Source: the human T2T-CHM13v2.0 reference genome, Homo sapiens | DNA length: 64,000 nucleotides | Assembly: GCF_009914755.1 (NCBI RefSeq) | Contig: NC_060942.1 | Strand: one strand, 5' to 3' | Shown here: positions 35,663 through 50,677 of the stretch, piece after piece | How positions within the stretch are numbered: the first letter of the stretch is position 1 | Layout: each line of letters begins with the position of its first letter | Translations under genes and position numbers: made by a program | The notes under the pieces: model-generated | What the model was told of the DNA's origin: nothing | Databases searched by the model: none | What the model saw: only the letters and a program-made list of their open reading frames with translations

Positions 35663-36040
35663 CAATTGCTAGGCCATCGCTGAAATTGTGCAGGCCATCA
35701 CCCATTATCACCATCCAGGCCAGAGTGGCGACGCCGGCATCTTTCAGCTCCTCCCGAGAGTAGCGCTGGCTGTGACTGTGAGGATGGTGGTTTTGGTGGT
35801 GGTGATGATGGAGAATATGATGGTAGTCATGATGGTGGTGAATGAGATCGTCTGACTGGCCGAGTGTATCGTGGAAATGTGAATGGCATTTATTCTTGCA
35901 CCCTCTGGGTACATATTCATTGTAGACTTCCTGTGGATGAGCATGAGCTATCATGACCTCTTCTTCTTCCAAGACTGCAGGCTGCTGAGAATCAAAGTGG
36001 GAGGGCTCTTGTGAGTCTGCTCGTAAATAGCCTTCAGTTC
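35663..36040 (-). CDS. SLC39A6: SLC39A6 exon 7 (His-rich cytosolic loop and TM4 GDGLHNFSDGLAI)
   Basis: ctag|GAACT ... ATTG|gtata; 378 nt, phase 1 to 1. Confidence 0.97.
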
Positions 36041-36788
36041 CTAGGAATAAACATAAAGGGCATGGGGACAGTTAGAAGGCTTTGTTAATGGACTTGGAGA
36101 CATTTCAAACCTCATTGAAAAAGTCAACAGAAGATCTTAAAGCATGATAACTCCTTCATATCTGCAGAACTAAATATTAAAGTATTACTGATGAAAAACA
36201 TCAAAAGATTTTAATGAATTCCAGAAATGGAATGGTCTCAAATATTAAGAATGGATTTTAAATGTTAACCTTCAATAACTACCTCTCAGATGCTCCCTCA
36301 ATTTCTTCTGCCTCCCTACCTTTTTAAAAATGACTTTTTTCCTCATCCTAAGAGAAGAACCTGCTTGTTTTAGAAAACATGTTATGTTATTTAAAATATT
36401 TATTTTAGAAAAATATCTTAGAGAAGTAATGAAAATTAGAAATAAAAAAACATGCATAATCCTGCCATCTGACTTCCTCTTTTTTGGAAGGCAAAATTCA
36501 AGGAAAAAACAGAGAATCCGAATTATTTCATCATCACCAAGAAGCATTTATTATCTATCTGTGCAAAGGAAAATAAATTGCCACAATAAGGTTATTTTTT
36601 TTCTCCTGTACATAGTTATCAATTTTCTTGGAACCATCCCTGACACTGCAGTCCATTTCTAGGGCAGGTATTTCCTCCCCATCATTACACATTTCACTGG
36701 AGTCCATTTAAAAAACTGAAGAGGGGGCCGGGCGTGGTGGCTCACGCCTGTAATCCCAGCACTTTGGGAGGCAGAGGTGGGCGGATCA

Positions 36789-37190
<402 letters not shown>

Positions 37191-38239
37191 TCAGAGAACG
37201 GTATTCCAAGTACAAGGAATAGTGAGTGCATGGCCCGGAGACAAGCCTTATGTGCTCCCAGCGTGAAAAGAGGGCCAGTGGGGCTGGAGCACAGTGAACA
37301 ATGCGGGAGAGTGGTGGGCTCAGCGGGACCTTGAAGATCATGGCAAGGAGCTGGGTTGAAAACATGAATCTTAACTCAGTCTGTCCGACAAGATATGCCA
37401 AGCAAACAGCCAAGTTTCAGGAAAAACAGGAGAAACATGGTAGATACAACCTTAGGCAAGTGATCAAAATTACCACCACCAATAAGTGACAAAGAATCAT
37501 ATCAGGTGGCACACCATGTGACAGAAAAGGACAAGTACCATTTTGCGGTATTCCTGCCAAAACTGATCAACCTAATCATGCAAAAATACTAAACAAACCC
37601 AAAAGTAGAGGCAACTAAATGCAATATTTGATCCTGAATTGTACTCTGGAACAATATTTTGGTGGGGGTTGGGGGAGTGTTGGCATAAAAAGCACTATTA
37701 AGGCATTTGGAAGAATAACGTCTACAGAGAATGGCACTGTATCAGTATAAATTTCCTGATTTAATAATTAAACTCTGGTTATATGAGAGAATGTCCATTT
37801 TCCTAGGAAACATAAGTATTTAGGAGTAAAGAAACATCATGTCTATAACTTACTCTCAAATGGTTTAGAAAAAAAGTGTGTGTAGCTGGCCCTTTAGTCA
37901 CTAAAAAATTAAAGAAAAAGGTGTGTGTGTAGACAGAGCTAGAGAAAGACAGTGTGGTAAAATAACTGGGGAATATGAGTGAATGGGATACAGGAATTCT
38001 TTGTACGATTCTTAAACTTTTCTATGAATATGAATTTACTTCAAAATAAAAAGTTACAGAAAAAATAAATGTAAATATACAAAAACAATGTACTCACTGG
38101 CAATATTTTACAAAGTATGAGATACTGCAAAAACCAAAACCAAGGGACATGGTCCCATTTCTTCCAGATAGTCAAGTTGCCTGCAAATCATACAGCAATG
38201 AACTCCCTCCAGCCCTAAAATTTATGCATAAGAACTTAC

Positions 38240-38345
38240 GATCATCTGTATCTACTTTCTCCTCATTTGTTGAAAGTTGAGATTCATACTTGGACAACTG
38301 CTTCTTAATCTCCACATCATCATCATTTTCAGGTTTCTTCTGATT
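38240..38345 (-). CDS. SLC39A6: SLC39A6 exon 6 (NQKKPENDDDVEIKKQLSKYESQLSTNEEKVDTDD)
   Basis: tttag|AATCAG ... GATC|gtaag; 106 nt. Confidence 0.95.
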
Positions 38346-38541
38346 CTAAAATAGTGAGGGAAAACAATACTTTAAAACAGTAATTTGTTTATATGTACAG
38401 CTTTCAATCAATAACCAGGTAAGCAAAACACACAGAATGCCCCCACAGTCATCTACTCTTAAGTATGTTCCCACACTAGCAGCACACTATCTCCTGGGAA
38501 CTTGTCAGAAATGCATACTCCCGGCCAGGCGCGGCGGCTCA

Positions 38542-38924
<383 letters not shown>

Positions 38925-39405
38925 TTATAACCTAAAACTATAGTTTTTTAGTTATTAAAACACTTTTCTTTAATAAAACACCATTAACATGATTTCTCTT
39001 TTAAAACAAGCCTCTATTAACCCTGAATTCATCACTGGGCTTTTTAACCATCCCAAATACCATACCAGAGATATTGTCCCTAAGTCCAAGCAGCCTTTAT
39101 GTTGTGTAAAGGTCACTGAACAATGGTGTCTGTGTATCATCTACTTATACAGAACATTTAAAATAAAAGTTATCACATAAATAACAGATTTCTTATTTGC
39201 AGTACCTTTGAATATGATGATCACCACCATACCTAAGATTTCATTCAAGCTCTAATACCATATCAAGTGTCTATACATTCTTAGATTTTAAGAGCTTTTA
39301 AAGGCAAACACGGCCGGGCATGGTGGCGAACGCCTGTAATCCCAGCACTTTGGGAGGCCGAGGTGGGCGGATCACAAGGTCAGGAGATCGAGACCATCCT
39401 GGCTA

Positions 39406-39657
<252 letters not shown>

Positions 39658-42600
39658 TCAGAGAAAGTACTTAAATATTTGTAAAAATAAATGAACTCAG
39701 GGTATCTTAAATCATTTATGCTGGTGCTTTATTTCTCATTGGGCAATTGTTCTAGAAAGTAGTTTAACCAATTCTTTCATTCCATAAGTATTAAGGGCCC
39801 ACAGTGTTCCCTATGCTAAATGCTGGGAGCAGAACATAAAATAAGCCCCACAGTCTCTGTTCTCATGGAGCTTACTATCCACAGGGAGAGGGTTTTACAC
39901 AGGTAATGATTATATACTTCTTTGACTATAATTTTTGACACATTTTACAATAGAAAAGAACAGAGTGCTATTAAGAATGTATAATAACATGACCTCAATA
40001 ATTTCCAGATGGCCACTGAAAAAATATAACTTATACCAAGACCTAAAGATAGGTAGGAATTTGGTGGGGAAGGTTGGGGAGGCAGCATTCCAGGCAGGGA
40101 GTAGCACCAGGAAGGGGCCAGCACTGTTCTGGAACTCAAAGAAGTACAAGGTGGCCGGGGCCTACTAGGTCAGAGAGGGTGGCCAGAGATGAGGCTGAGG
40201 CAACTAAAGGAGATCAGACAATAGAACTCTGTTGAGAATAGTGGGCTTTGTCCAAAAACTAATGGAGCCACTGGAGGAAGGATTTTAAGTAGTGGTGTGC
40301 AACCTCATCATATTTTCATTTAAACAAATCACTGCCCGCTCTGTGAAATCTAGATTGGGAAAAGGAGGAAAACAAAATAACGTGGACAGGCTCCTATTAG
40401 GAGGCAGTAACTGTCACTCAGGTGGGAAGTAACCATGGCCTGGACTAGAATGACAGCAAGAAAGATGGAGAGGAATGGAGAGACCATGGACATATTTATT
40501 AAAACTTGGTTGGATGTGGGGATGAGGGGGATATCAGAGATGATTCTCTAGTTTTCGGCATGAACAATAACCTTCACTAGCAGAAGGTGAACCTTAAGCA
40601 GCAGAAGGCCTATAACCTAAAAATATGATATACAGAATCTCCCAGGGATGCAGGATGGATCTCTTAAGAAAAATCCTAAGTAAAATGCCCTGTTACGAGC
40701 TTGAAGAACTCCCCATACTCACAATATAATGAGTAGTAGTTTTCTTTTTGAGAGAATTAGATTAAAAATTATTAAGTAAGTAACTTTAATATCTGGATGC
40801 CTTTAACAAAAGATAAACTCAGCATATTCCAAAAAGGGAAGAGAACATGTAACATTTGCAAAACTCCTATGGGAAGTCTTCATCTAGAAATTATGCTTAT
40901 TTGCTGTTTCATGCTCCTTAAACATTCAATATTTACTACCATCGATTATGTACCAGACACTATTCTACACATTGGAGACAGAGCTGTAAACAAGACAGAG
41001 AGATCCTGGCTTTTAAGAGCTTACATTCTAGTAGATACTATTTTAAAGCAGAGTGCATCAAACTACTCTGACTATGACCCACATTAATATATGTAATGTA
41101 AAATAGTAATATATAATATTATTGTTGCATTTAAAAATATTGGTTATGACATACAGATTGATTTTACAACTCACTAACAATCTAGAGTTATAACCTAGAG
41201 TTAAAAAAGAAAAAATTATTCTGTGTCAGATAACAGAGGGCCTATTTCTTGGAGTCCTAGGTTAAAGAGGGCTAAGTTAAAGAAAAGCTATCCTTAGCTG
41301 GGCATGGTGGCATGAGCCTGTAGTCTCAGTTACTTGGGAGGCTGAGGTGGGAGGATTGCTTAAATCCAGGAATTTGAAGCGCAATGAGCTATGATCATGC
41401 CACTGCACTCTAACCTGGGCAACAGAGGAAGATGCTGTCTCTTAAAAAAAGATACTGTTTTCTTAAAAAAAGAAAAAAAAAGAAAAGCTGTATTTAGGTA
41501 AAATTTGGAAATGAAATTGAAATGAGAATGTTAAATAAATTATGACATTTTGACCCAGATGTACAGTTAAAAAAAGAAGAAAACAACCCAATCCCCAAGT
41601 CTCCCAGAATGAAAACTGATCTTTTTTTTAAATGTAAGAAAAACTGCAGAAGACTTAAAGAAGTAGGAATAAACTAGTCCATATATGGCAGATAACCTAA
41701 AACTATGATACATGGGATCTCCCAGAGGTGCAAGATGGCTCTCTTAAGGAAAATTCTAAGTAAAAAATGCCTGAAGAGCTCCCAGTACTCACCATATAAT
41801 GAGTAGCTTTTTTTTTTCTTTTTGAGATAATTAAATGAGATTAGAAACTATTCAATAACATTAAGAAACAGTCCAAGGGAAGCAATTGCGTCAATGGGAA
41901 CACAGAAGATGACTTCCTTGATTAAGAATAAATAAGCTATTCTTATTTTACTTCTTCCCTCTATATTTAGGTCCACTAAAGAGAAGGCTCAAAATTTTTA
42001 ATTTGAGATTTCAGTGAACGTAAAATCCCTAAGAGCAAATACTCCTAGTATGTAAACACTCTCCTGTTTACACATGCATTTGTTTCCCACAGTGAGCTCT
42101 ATGCTCAGCAAAAATCAACTGTGTTAGTTTTGAAACCTCTTCACGCCAGTTATACTTATTACTGTAATTGCACAATTTAATTACACATTGCTCAAACTAT
42201 GAAATGATGGTAAGGAGTTACTTCTTTTTTGGGGGGTAGAGACAGTGTCTTGCTATGTTGCCCAGGCTGCTCTCAAACTCCTGGCCTCAAGCAATCCTGC
42301 TGCTTCAGCCTCCCAAAGTGCTAGGATCATAGGCGTGAGCCACCGTGCCTGGTAGGGGATACTTAATTCCGTGAACACAAAAGCTGAATACTTGGAAGAT
42401 TCAAAGGCAAGGTGCTAAAAAAAGATATCAAATTACGTAAGGCTACCACTGAATAAATTTTTTTTTTAAATTTCCAAAACCTAGATTCTACATTCAGAAT
42501 AGCTTTAAGTGTATAATCTCTTGTTCAATTTTAGAGAAACCAAAATTGGAAATCATAGATGAAGCAGCATGGCTGATAAAGAAAAAAAGAAACGATACAG

Positions 42601-43613
42601 AATACGGAACTCCAACTTGAAGAAAATCCTGGTCAATATCAAGTGACCAGAATATGAGTGTACAGATGTATTAGGTTAGACTAAAATGTTGAGATATGAA
42701 CACATCACTTTTCTTTTCTTTTTTTTTTTTTATTTTTTGAGACAGAGTCTCACTATTGCCCAGGCTGGAGTGCAGTGGTATAATCTCAGCTCACTGCAGC
42801 ATCCGCCTCCCAAGTTCAAACAATTCTTGTGCCTCAGCCTCCCAAGTAGCTGAGATTACAGGCATGCGCCATCTCACCTGATTAATTTTTGTATTTGTAG
42901 TACAGATGGGGTTTCACCATGTTGGCCAGGCTGGTCTCGAACTCCTGGCCTTAAGTGATCTGCCTGCCTTGGCCTCCCAAAGTGCTGGGATTACAGGCAT
43001 GAACCACCCCACCTGACCCACATCATTTTTAAGAGTCTCCTGACAGTCTGCTGAATGACTTGCCTGATCACATCAAATAAAAAGTGGCAAATTACCATAG
43101 GCGACTCAAAAGGGTTTTTTTTGGCCAGAAAGAAAGAGCCTATTGTTTGACTTCATACCATTTCTGATCCAATTTGCAAAGGGCAAGTCTGTAAAAGTCA
43201 CATACCCTTTAAAAGAAAACAGAACATTTAGCTACTGGGTGACTGGAAATTAATGACATTAGTTAATCGTAACTACTAATAAATATTGATAGTGTATCCA
43301 TGTATACACGATGCTTCTGGTCTTCAAGGCCCTGCTGGTACCTTGTCTGGTCACTTATACAGATGTTCATCCTTGCTTTTCTTATCCTGTCATGAGTTTC
43401 AAAAGAATAGCAAAGACAGAAAACTTCAGAGCTATTAAGATATAGAAATGCTCCTCATAAATATGTCTGGGACCAAAAAGTACTTCAAGGGTACTGAACT
43501 CCCTCTCAAATAAAGCTCATACAACCTGGGCATGCTATTCTAACAATCTAGTTAGAGTACTACTATAAATAAATATCTGAAGCATAGTAAGTACTCGGTA
43601 TACTTTTTCTTAC

Positions 43614-43832
43614 CTTTTTCTTCTTATCTTTAAATTGTTTGATCAATGTGAGGACATGTTCAACAAGAAACATGAAATACAGGCCTCCTAGAGCTGTTAG
43701 ACCCTTCCACGTGGAATCAAAATAGGCACTTTCTTCTATGTTTTGAGAAGACAGATGACTGAAAAGTGGTCCTCTTTTCATTTCCATTGCTGGTTCTTCA
43801 TGGCTATGACTATGGTGGTGACTTGCATGAGA
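43614..43832 (-). CDS. SLC39A6: SLC39A6 exon 5 (SHASHHHSHSH...TWKGLTALGGLYFMFLVEHVL...KKKK)
   Basis: cag|TCTCAT ... AAG|gtaag; 219 nt. Confidence 0.97.
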
Positions 43833-44401
43833 CTGAAGGCAAAATAATTTGTTATTTATAAATTCATCAGTTTCACACACCGAGTCAGAAAGTTGGCTAG
43901 GTAAGGTCAAAATTGAAATCATTCAGTTATGCAATTATTCAGATACTTCAGAGATGAGGTGAAGTTTAGGACATTAAAAATAAAATGACCAATGAGCAGC
44001 TAGCTATCTAGAACTTAATGCATGTCATGTACTTCAGATACATTCCCAGTGACCCCCATAATATATAAATAGTGAGCATTTTCAATGCTTGACGAATTAC
44101 CATGGCCACAAATAACAGGAATACTAGACTTAATGTGCACAGTTTCTACTGCTTATTTTCCCAACTGAAAAGCCCATACCAATGTCATCACACTAGCATT
44201 GTAAGAAGCCTAGTGTGTGTGTGTGTTGGGTCCTGGCATGTACCCGAGATCCAGGTGCACTGCCCTAGCAGCCTGTAACTGAGTGGAGTAGTAACTACTG
44301 CTATTGCACATTAGGGAATCGGGTGTGGAACACACTAAGATACTGGGGGATCACAGAGTACACCCCATACACACGCCACTTTCTATCAGTAGGTATTCCC
44401 G

Positions 44402-44423
44402 AATGTCTGCCATCTGGTGGTCC
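44402..44423 (-). promoter_or_regulatory. Candidate CTCF site (CCACCAGATGGCAG) in SLC39A6 intron 4
   Basis: + strand ctgccatctggtgg at 44407-44420 matches the CTCF core consensus. Confidence 0.55.
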
Positions 44424-45056
44424 GAGAGCTTGTCAGAGCAACATAGTTTTCTTTAACTACTGAATGGAACATGAGATTTGTAGTGCTCTAGGTATGGTGT
44501 GATTTCCTTTTCCCACATACTTGAAAACCTTTAATGGGAATTTAAAGAATGAAACACGCATATTTTTTAACTGAGCATCTATTCCAAATATCTGATGGAA
44601 AAGTAAATTCACTTTACCAAACTTGTTTTATGTGTCATGAAGTGTAAATCTTTAAATACATACATAAACATTCAACTCTGAAGAAAACCTCCAAGTTTCT
44701 TGGGTACATAAAGGGTCACATATTTTATTTCTTGGCAATTACACTAACAGATAAAGCAGATAACTCACATTGCTGCAGTCTATCACAGTACTAATAGCCA
44801 GGCAGAATTTGTCTCTTTTTATTAAGTGGGTTTCAAAAAGTTAAATTAGTCTGTGTTTTGTAAAAGGAAAGCAAAATTCACAAATGTATTAAGATCGAGC
44901 AGAAAAATACAGCTTTCACTTACCAAATATATTTTAAAATAAGCTTTTCTAAACCAAATTTCTAACATTTTATACAAAAAATTCTAGCATAAACCAAAAC
45001 ATTTTTTTTTCAATGTTGAATAATCAAACACTAACAGGACAAATTACTATACTTAC

Positions 45057-45226
45057 ATGTGGAAGAAGGTGTAAAAAAGCATCACCACTCAAAGTCCCAA
45101 CGGCCAGTGCCACAAGGAAACTCAGGAGAAATTTGAAAAACACCCGATTCATGAGAGGCACTAAGATAACCCCCAGCAGAGACAGGAAACTGATGATGGA
45201 AATGGCTATAAAACCACCAACCCAGG
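45057..45226 (-). CDS. SLC39A6: SLC39A6 exon 4 (TM1-TM2: WVGGFIAISIISFLSLLGV...GTLSGDAFLHLLPH)
   Basis: acag|CCTGG ... CAT|gtaag; 170 nt. Confidence 0.97.
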
Positions 45227-46080
45227 CTGTCAAACAAAACAAAACAGAGCAAAGAAAAATTATACAACTAATAAACTCTACAAGAAAGACTTTTGGAGAG
45301 TAGCATAAAGCAACACGTAAAAGGAGAGAAGCTAAAAACACACAAATTCAATGCAAATAGGACCTACTGTGGCAATAGCACAATAACCAAGAAATCTGTT
45401 GTTGGCTCAAATGAACAACCTGACTGGTACTTAAGAACTCTCCAGGTAAGGAGCATAGCTCTAATGGGAAATCCTTCAGGTCGGGGTGAAAGAGGAAAAA
45501 AAAATGGTTACCAAGGATGAACTGTAGCTCACTTAGGAACTGAGCTTTCAGACTCCCATAAGAGCTAAATGATAAAAGAATTTTTTTTTTTTAAGAAAAA
45601 AGGAAAAGAAAGAAAAGAAGAGGAAGAAACCAGGAATTCAATAATGTCCTCAGAAAACAAAGCAGTGATTCCTTCCTCATTACTTTTGAGCAATGAGACC
45701 CTACGCTATAGCAGAGCCTATCCTAGCTTCACTTATCAATAAGAATGCATCAGTATTAGGTTTCTAAGCAGCATAAATGAACCCAAGACCTCTTCCCAAG
45801 CAGTGTGACATGATATAAAAATCCCAAATTTCAGGTGATCCTGACACCTTCTTGTAGGATGAACCCAGAGAGTCATAATTGAAATTTTATTTTCTGGGAT
45901 TTTTTTTTAAAGGGCAGGGCTAACACCCTTCCTTGCTTTCTTCACATTCAAGGCAAAGAACAACTAAGATGACATATTCAGAATTGTACTGGAAAACAAA
46001 TAGGCTGATGCAAATCTAAGGAAAAGCACAATATAAATGAATCTACTGAAATTGTTTTTACATAAAAAAGGCAATTTTAC

Positions 46081-46261
46081 CTATTTGTAATGAATAGGTC
46101 TTTGGAGGGATTTCAGCCTTCTTTTCACTTGTATGAATCAGACAAGATCTAGCATCAATTTGGTTGATGATGGCTGGACAGAGATAGTTGAACTCTGTTG
46201 CATTCAGCGGAACCTGGATGCCCATGCCATGAGATGTCAGTAGCTTTGATGCATTGAAACA
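46081..46261 (-). CDS. SLC39A6: SLC39A6 exon 3 (CFNASKLL...CPAIINQIDARSC...YSLQI)
   Basis: cag|TGTTTC ... ATAG|gtaaa; 181 nt; contains the CPALLY-like PAL motif of LIV-1 ZIPs. Confidence 0.96.
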
Positions 46262-47780
46262 CTGAAAGAAACAAAGCAGTGAAAATCACCAAAAGCCATC
46301 CCCATTAGAGTAGTCTGATGACACAATACCCTTTTTTACTAATGCTACTTCGTTTTCTCGAGTTAATGAAAATTAAAATCAACTTCTGTTTTGAGCACTT
46401 TGGAACTTGCCTCCAGCTACCTGGCGATACTATGTCACCACAGTGGTATCCCACCTCTTCTACCTCATCAGAGAAGCAGTACATCACGAGTCACCTAGGG
46501 AGAAAGCCTCAGGTGGAACAAGCATGAGGATAAATGGAGATTCACAAGCCTGTTAACTCACTGTATAAACGTATTAAGGAAATGAGCTTTAATTTCAAAA
46601 TGGGGCTCATCAGAGATTGAGAAATATGTTGCTTCAGTACTAACGCTATCCTACTTGGCCTAAACAAGTCCAAGACATGCCTCTCTTCTAGTAATGACTC
46701 TACTTGCAAAAACTCAGTTCTGTCTACATACCGGGCAAAGTAATGCTCTGCAATGAGAGGATATTAAATTATGCAGATTATTCTTGTGGAGGGCAAGGCT
46801 GGTTAATAAAACAAACCTGTACCGGCAGGCAGATGTTTTCAACTATTTAATTAGATGACAAACTTAGTTTGAAGATACTCCTCTGTGCAATCTCTCCCCC
46901 AGCCAAAAAAGAAAAAAAAAAAAAAAACAACAAAAAAACCCCAAACTGGCTTTAGTACCAGTTTCTCATCTTCTGTAAAGACATTTTCAACTCCCACCAC
47001 AATTCTCAGTTGGTACAACTCAGAGCAAACTTTATCACCAGGGCTGCTATGGCTATGGCCACTACTAGGATTAGTCCAGAATTAGTACAGTCACATGCTG
47101 GTTTGAATGAAGTACTAAAGTTTTGCTTATTAAACTGTATCAACTAATTCCTTGTTCCTTTTTTTTTTGACATAATTCCCTGTTCTTGACATCTCTCAGC
47201 CAAGGTGAATTACGTACAGTCTGGAAGTCTACTCTAGAAAAACCACATGAACTCAGAACCTCACTGTCCCAACTTTTCCCTTGTCCAGCATGACATTCAT
47301 GGAAACTGCTCCAATTTCAATCATTCCTCAAGTCATGGTGGACCTTCTGTCAAGGAGGCAGCAGTGGTATTCTCAGTAGTCTTCAGCCCCTTCAGTCACA
47401 CCTTTCCCTACAATATGGATTCTAACTCCTGCTTTCAACCCCTCATTTTCTATTTTTTATTAATAATGTTCACCTTTATAGACTTTCTCTAAAGATAGCC
47501 TTGATATCTTTCTCTACATATTTTATATTCTGTATTAGAAAAAATTGTAGGAGGCAGCACTACGCTCACCAAAAGAACTGTTCCCTAAGTTCTGAATTGG
47601 GAATGTTTACAACATAGCAGGCATGCTTTGTGGCAAGTGCCTTGCTGAGAAGGTGGAAATTCCCTTTTCAATAACTTCAACATTTTACTTTTACTTTAAA
47701 CTCCTCATAACTAGAGATAGAGTAGCAGAGACAGGACAGACACACAGGTATATTAAAATAATGAACAGCACTCATCTTAC

Positions 47781-48569
47781 CTCCTGAGGATTTTCATTTG
47801 TGTTTCTGGAATACATAAAGCCTTTTCGGGGCTCACTCACAGATTCATTTGTTTTCCTACCAGCCAGCCGGCTCACCCGGCTCTTTGATGTGACACTGGG
47901 TGGAGTGGAGCTGCTTACATCTTTGGGGAAGAGTTTTCCAGGTCTTGGAGTCTCTATTGTCTCTAGAAAGTGAGTTCCTTCAGAGACAGTGTTGTACACA
48001 GTTGAGGTCACTTCACTAGCACTAACACTGTCCTTGACATTCCTTCTACCACTGGCATGTTCTGGTCGGTGAGCTCCTTTCCCCTGGCTGTTTCTAGGAT
48101 CTTTACCTGAACTATCTGAGTCATGGTCTGGGCAAAGAGCTTTTCGCTTATTTTTACCAGAAGCAGCATGATTATGGTGAGAGTGATGATCATGGTCAGA
48201 GTGATGCTCGTGGTCTGAGTGATGCTCATGGTCTGAGTGACGCTCATGGTCTGAGTGATGCTCGTGGTCTGAGTGATGGTCGTGGTCATGGTGTATATGG
48301 ATTCTTTTAATCTTATCTATGCCTATATTTTGAAGTAATTTTCTGAACCCTTCAACTGACAAAGAATTATTTTCTCCATAGCGGTAGAAAAGCTGTTGTA
48401 GATGATATTGCCGTGTGGAAATTGCCAAGTCAACATTAATGCCAGATTCCCAATTCGGACTAATTTTCTCAGTGGTCTGGGGGAAAGCAGCTGCTTTTAG
48501 TTCATGAAGGGGATTTGTGACAGAGAGGGCAAAGGTCAGGATCAAGATTACAGATAACTTCCTCGCCAT
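47781..48569 (-). CDS. SLC39A6: SLC39A6 exon 2 coding part (signal peptide, His-rich ectodomain); exon acceptor at 48578
   Basis: ctag|GAAGGCGCAATGG; 789 nt (263 codons) to GAG|gtaag; MARKLSVILILTFALSVTNP matches ZIP6. All coding exons sum to 2268 nt = 755 aa + stop. Confidence 0.98.
48172..48300 (-). repeat. SLC39A6: Coding 18-nt tandem repeat encoding (HHSDHE)-like units
   Basis: Repeated tgatgctc(a/g)tggtctgag units; protein HHDHDHHSDHEHHSDHERHSDHEHHSDHEHHSDHDHHSHHNH. Confidence 0.92.
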
Positions 48570-48886
48570 TGCGCCTTCCTAGAAAAGACAGGAAAAAAAA
48601 ATTCTTGACTCACTTCTAAAACAAATTGAATTAAGAAACCTCATACTGAAAATTAATGTGTAATCAAATAATCAAAGTTGCCAGAGCATCATGTGGTGTG
48701 ACCAGTGTGACGCTAGGTACTGTGAAGATGGAAAGAACTAGAGTCCTAGGCTCTACCCTTGCATTCCTAAAACACATGAAACAACTGGAGAAGAGCTGAG
48801 TGCTAAGAGACTGCCATTAGCACTGTAAAAGCAATAGTAATTCAGAGACAAGGGAGATCCATGTGGCCACAGCCATCAACTGCTTA

Positions 48887-49476
<590 letters not shown>

Positions 49477-50677
49477 CAAATAAGTGTATACTTTAAATAC
49501 ACATTGAATCTTTTTTCCGACTTGACAATGAATCAGACACATTATGTCCATACATAGAATTCTTAAAGTAAACTGAACTTCATGAAAAACTCACTGTAGC
49601 ATCCTTGTGTTACTACAAACCAGTCAACATTTAATCACAGGCTGTTAATCATCCACAGTAGTGTTTGGAACCAAAGGCCTGTGCCCCAAAGAGGAGGAAG
49701 CAATTGAGTTGGAGCTTGAAAAGCAGAATTCAGTTAAGCAGAGCCAGAATTCAGTTAATTCAGATCCAGCAGGATGTCCAGCACCAACGGTGGAGGTGAT
49801 GGTGGTCAAACTCACATCTCCAGCAAAAGACGCAGACGTCAAGTTTACAACTAAGCAAGAGCATGGGGCTATCCAGCTCTACCACGGTCAGCTGTTCTTT
49901 GGACAGGGCTCTCGCATTCATTACCTTATCTAAAATACCGGTAAAACCTATTTTGCAAGGCGAAGGAGGAAAACACATGAAGGAATGTATATTACAAGTA
50001 CTCGTTAAACTCATGTGTTGCACAAGTGCGAGGTATCATACAGGGAACAGTGGGAAATGGAGGTACGGCGTAGAACGAGGCTCCTGAAAGAGGAATCTTT
50101 GGGGCTTGAAGTTTCGGGAATTCTTTTACTAGGTAAAAGATAAACATTTAGAAATCATTCCCAGGAGAGAGGCGAGGAGCGGGGTGGGAGGGGACTAGCA
50201 CAGGGGACAGCTCCGAGCCTTTCTCCAGGGAGGATGCTGAGCGCGGTCGTGGACCCGTTGAAGGATCTCCTTTCCTGCAAGTTGGTGTGTGCTGGAGGAA
50301 AAAGGAAAGCAGAAGGGAAGGGCCTTAGAGAAAAAGGCGAGTACAGAAAACGGAAAAGAGGGCACAAAGCTCTCTTCTAAAAGCTTTTTATTTCTAAACA
50401 CGTCAGTCCCTTCTTCGAATATGGGATGAAAAGTACGGATCTTTTCCTCAAAAAATCCTCCGTTGCACCCCGAAGCCCATCTGAGCACCTTAAGAAGTCC
50501 GGCTCTCTAGGGTGAGTGGGCGCCTGCGGCGGGCTCCCCCCAGCATCCTCTTTCTGTAGCCCCCCTGCCCGGTCCGCAGGATCCGGTTCTCCGCAGAACC
50601 ACCCCTACCCCGCCACGCCTGTCTGGCCTGAGGAGCTCCCCTCCCAGCCGCCCTGCTCCCGGACCTGAAAGACTCAC

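Noticed and set aside
48008-48289. Thr-rich alternative-frame ORF (MTTTITQTTSITQ...)
   Set aside because: A frame-shifted reading of the His-repeat codons of SLC39A6 exon 2; the same applies to 35744-35944.
49724-49758. Direct repeat CAGAATTCAGTTAA x2 and the surrounding 90-codon ORF
   Set aside because: A simple local microduplication with only two copies; the ORF has no ATG context or recognisable homology.
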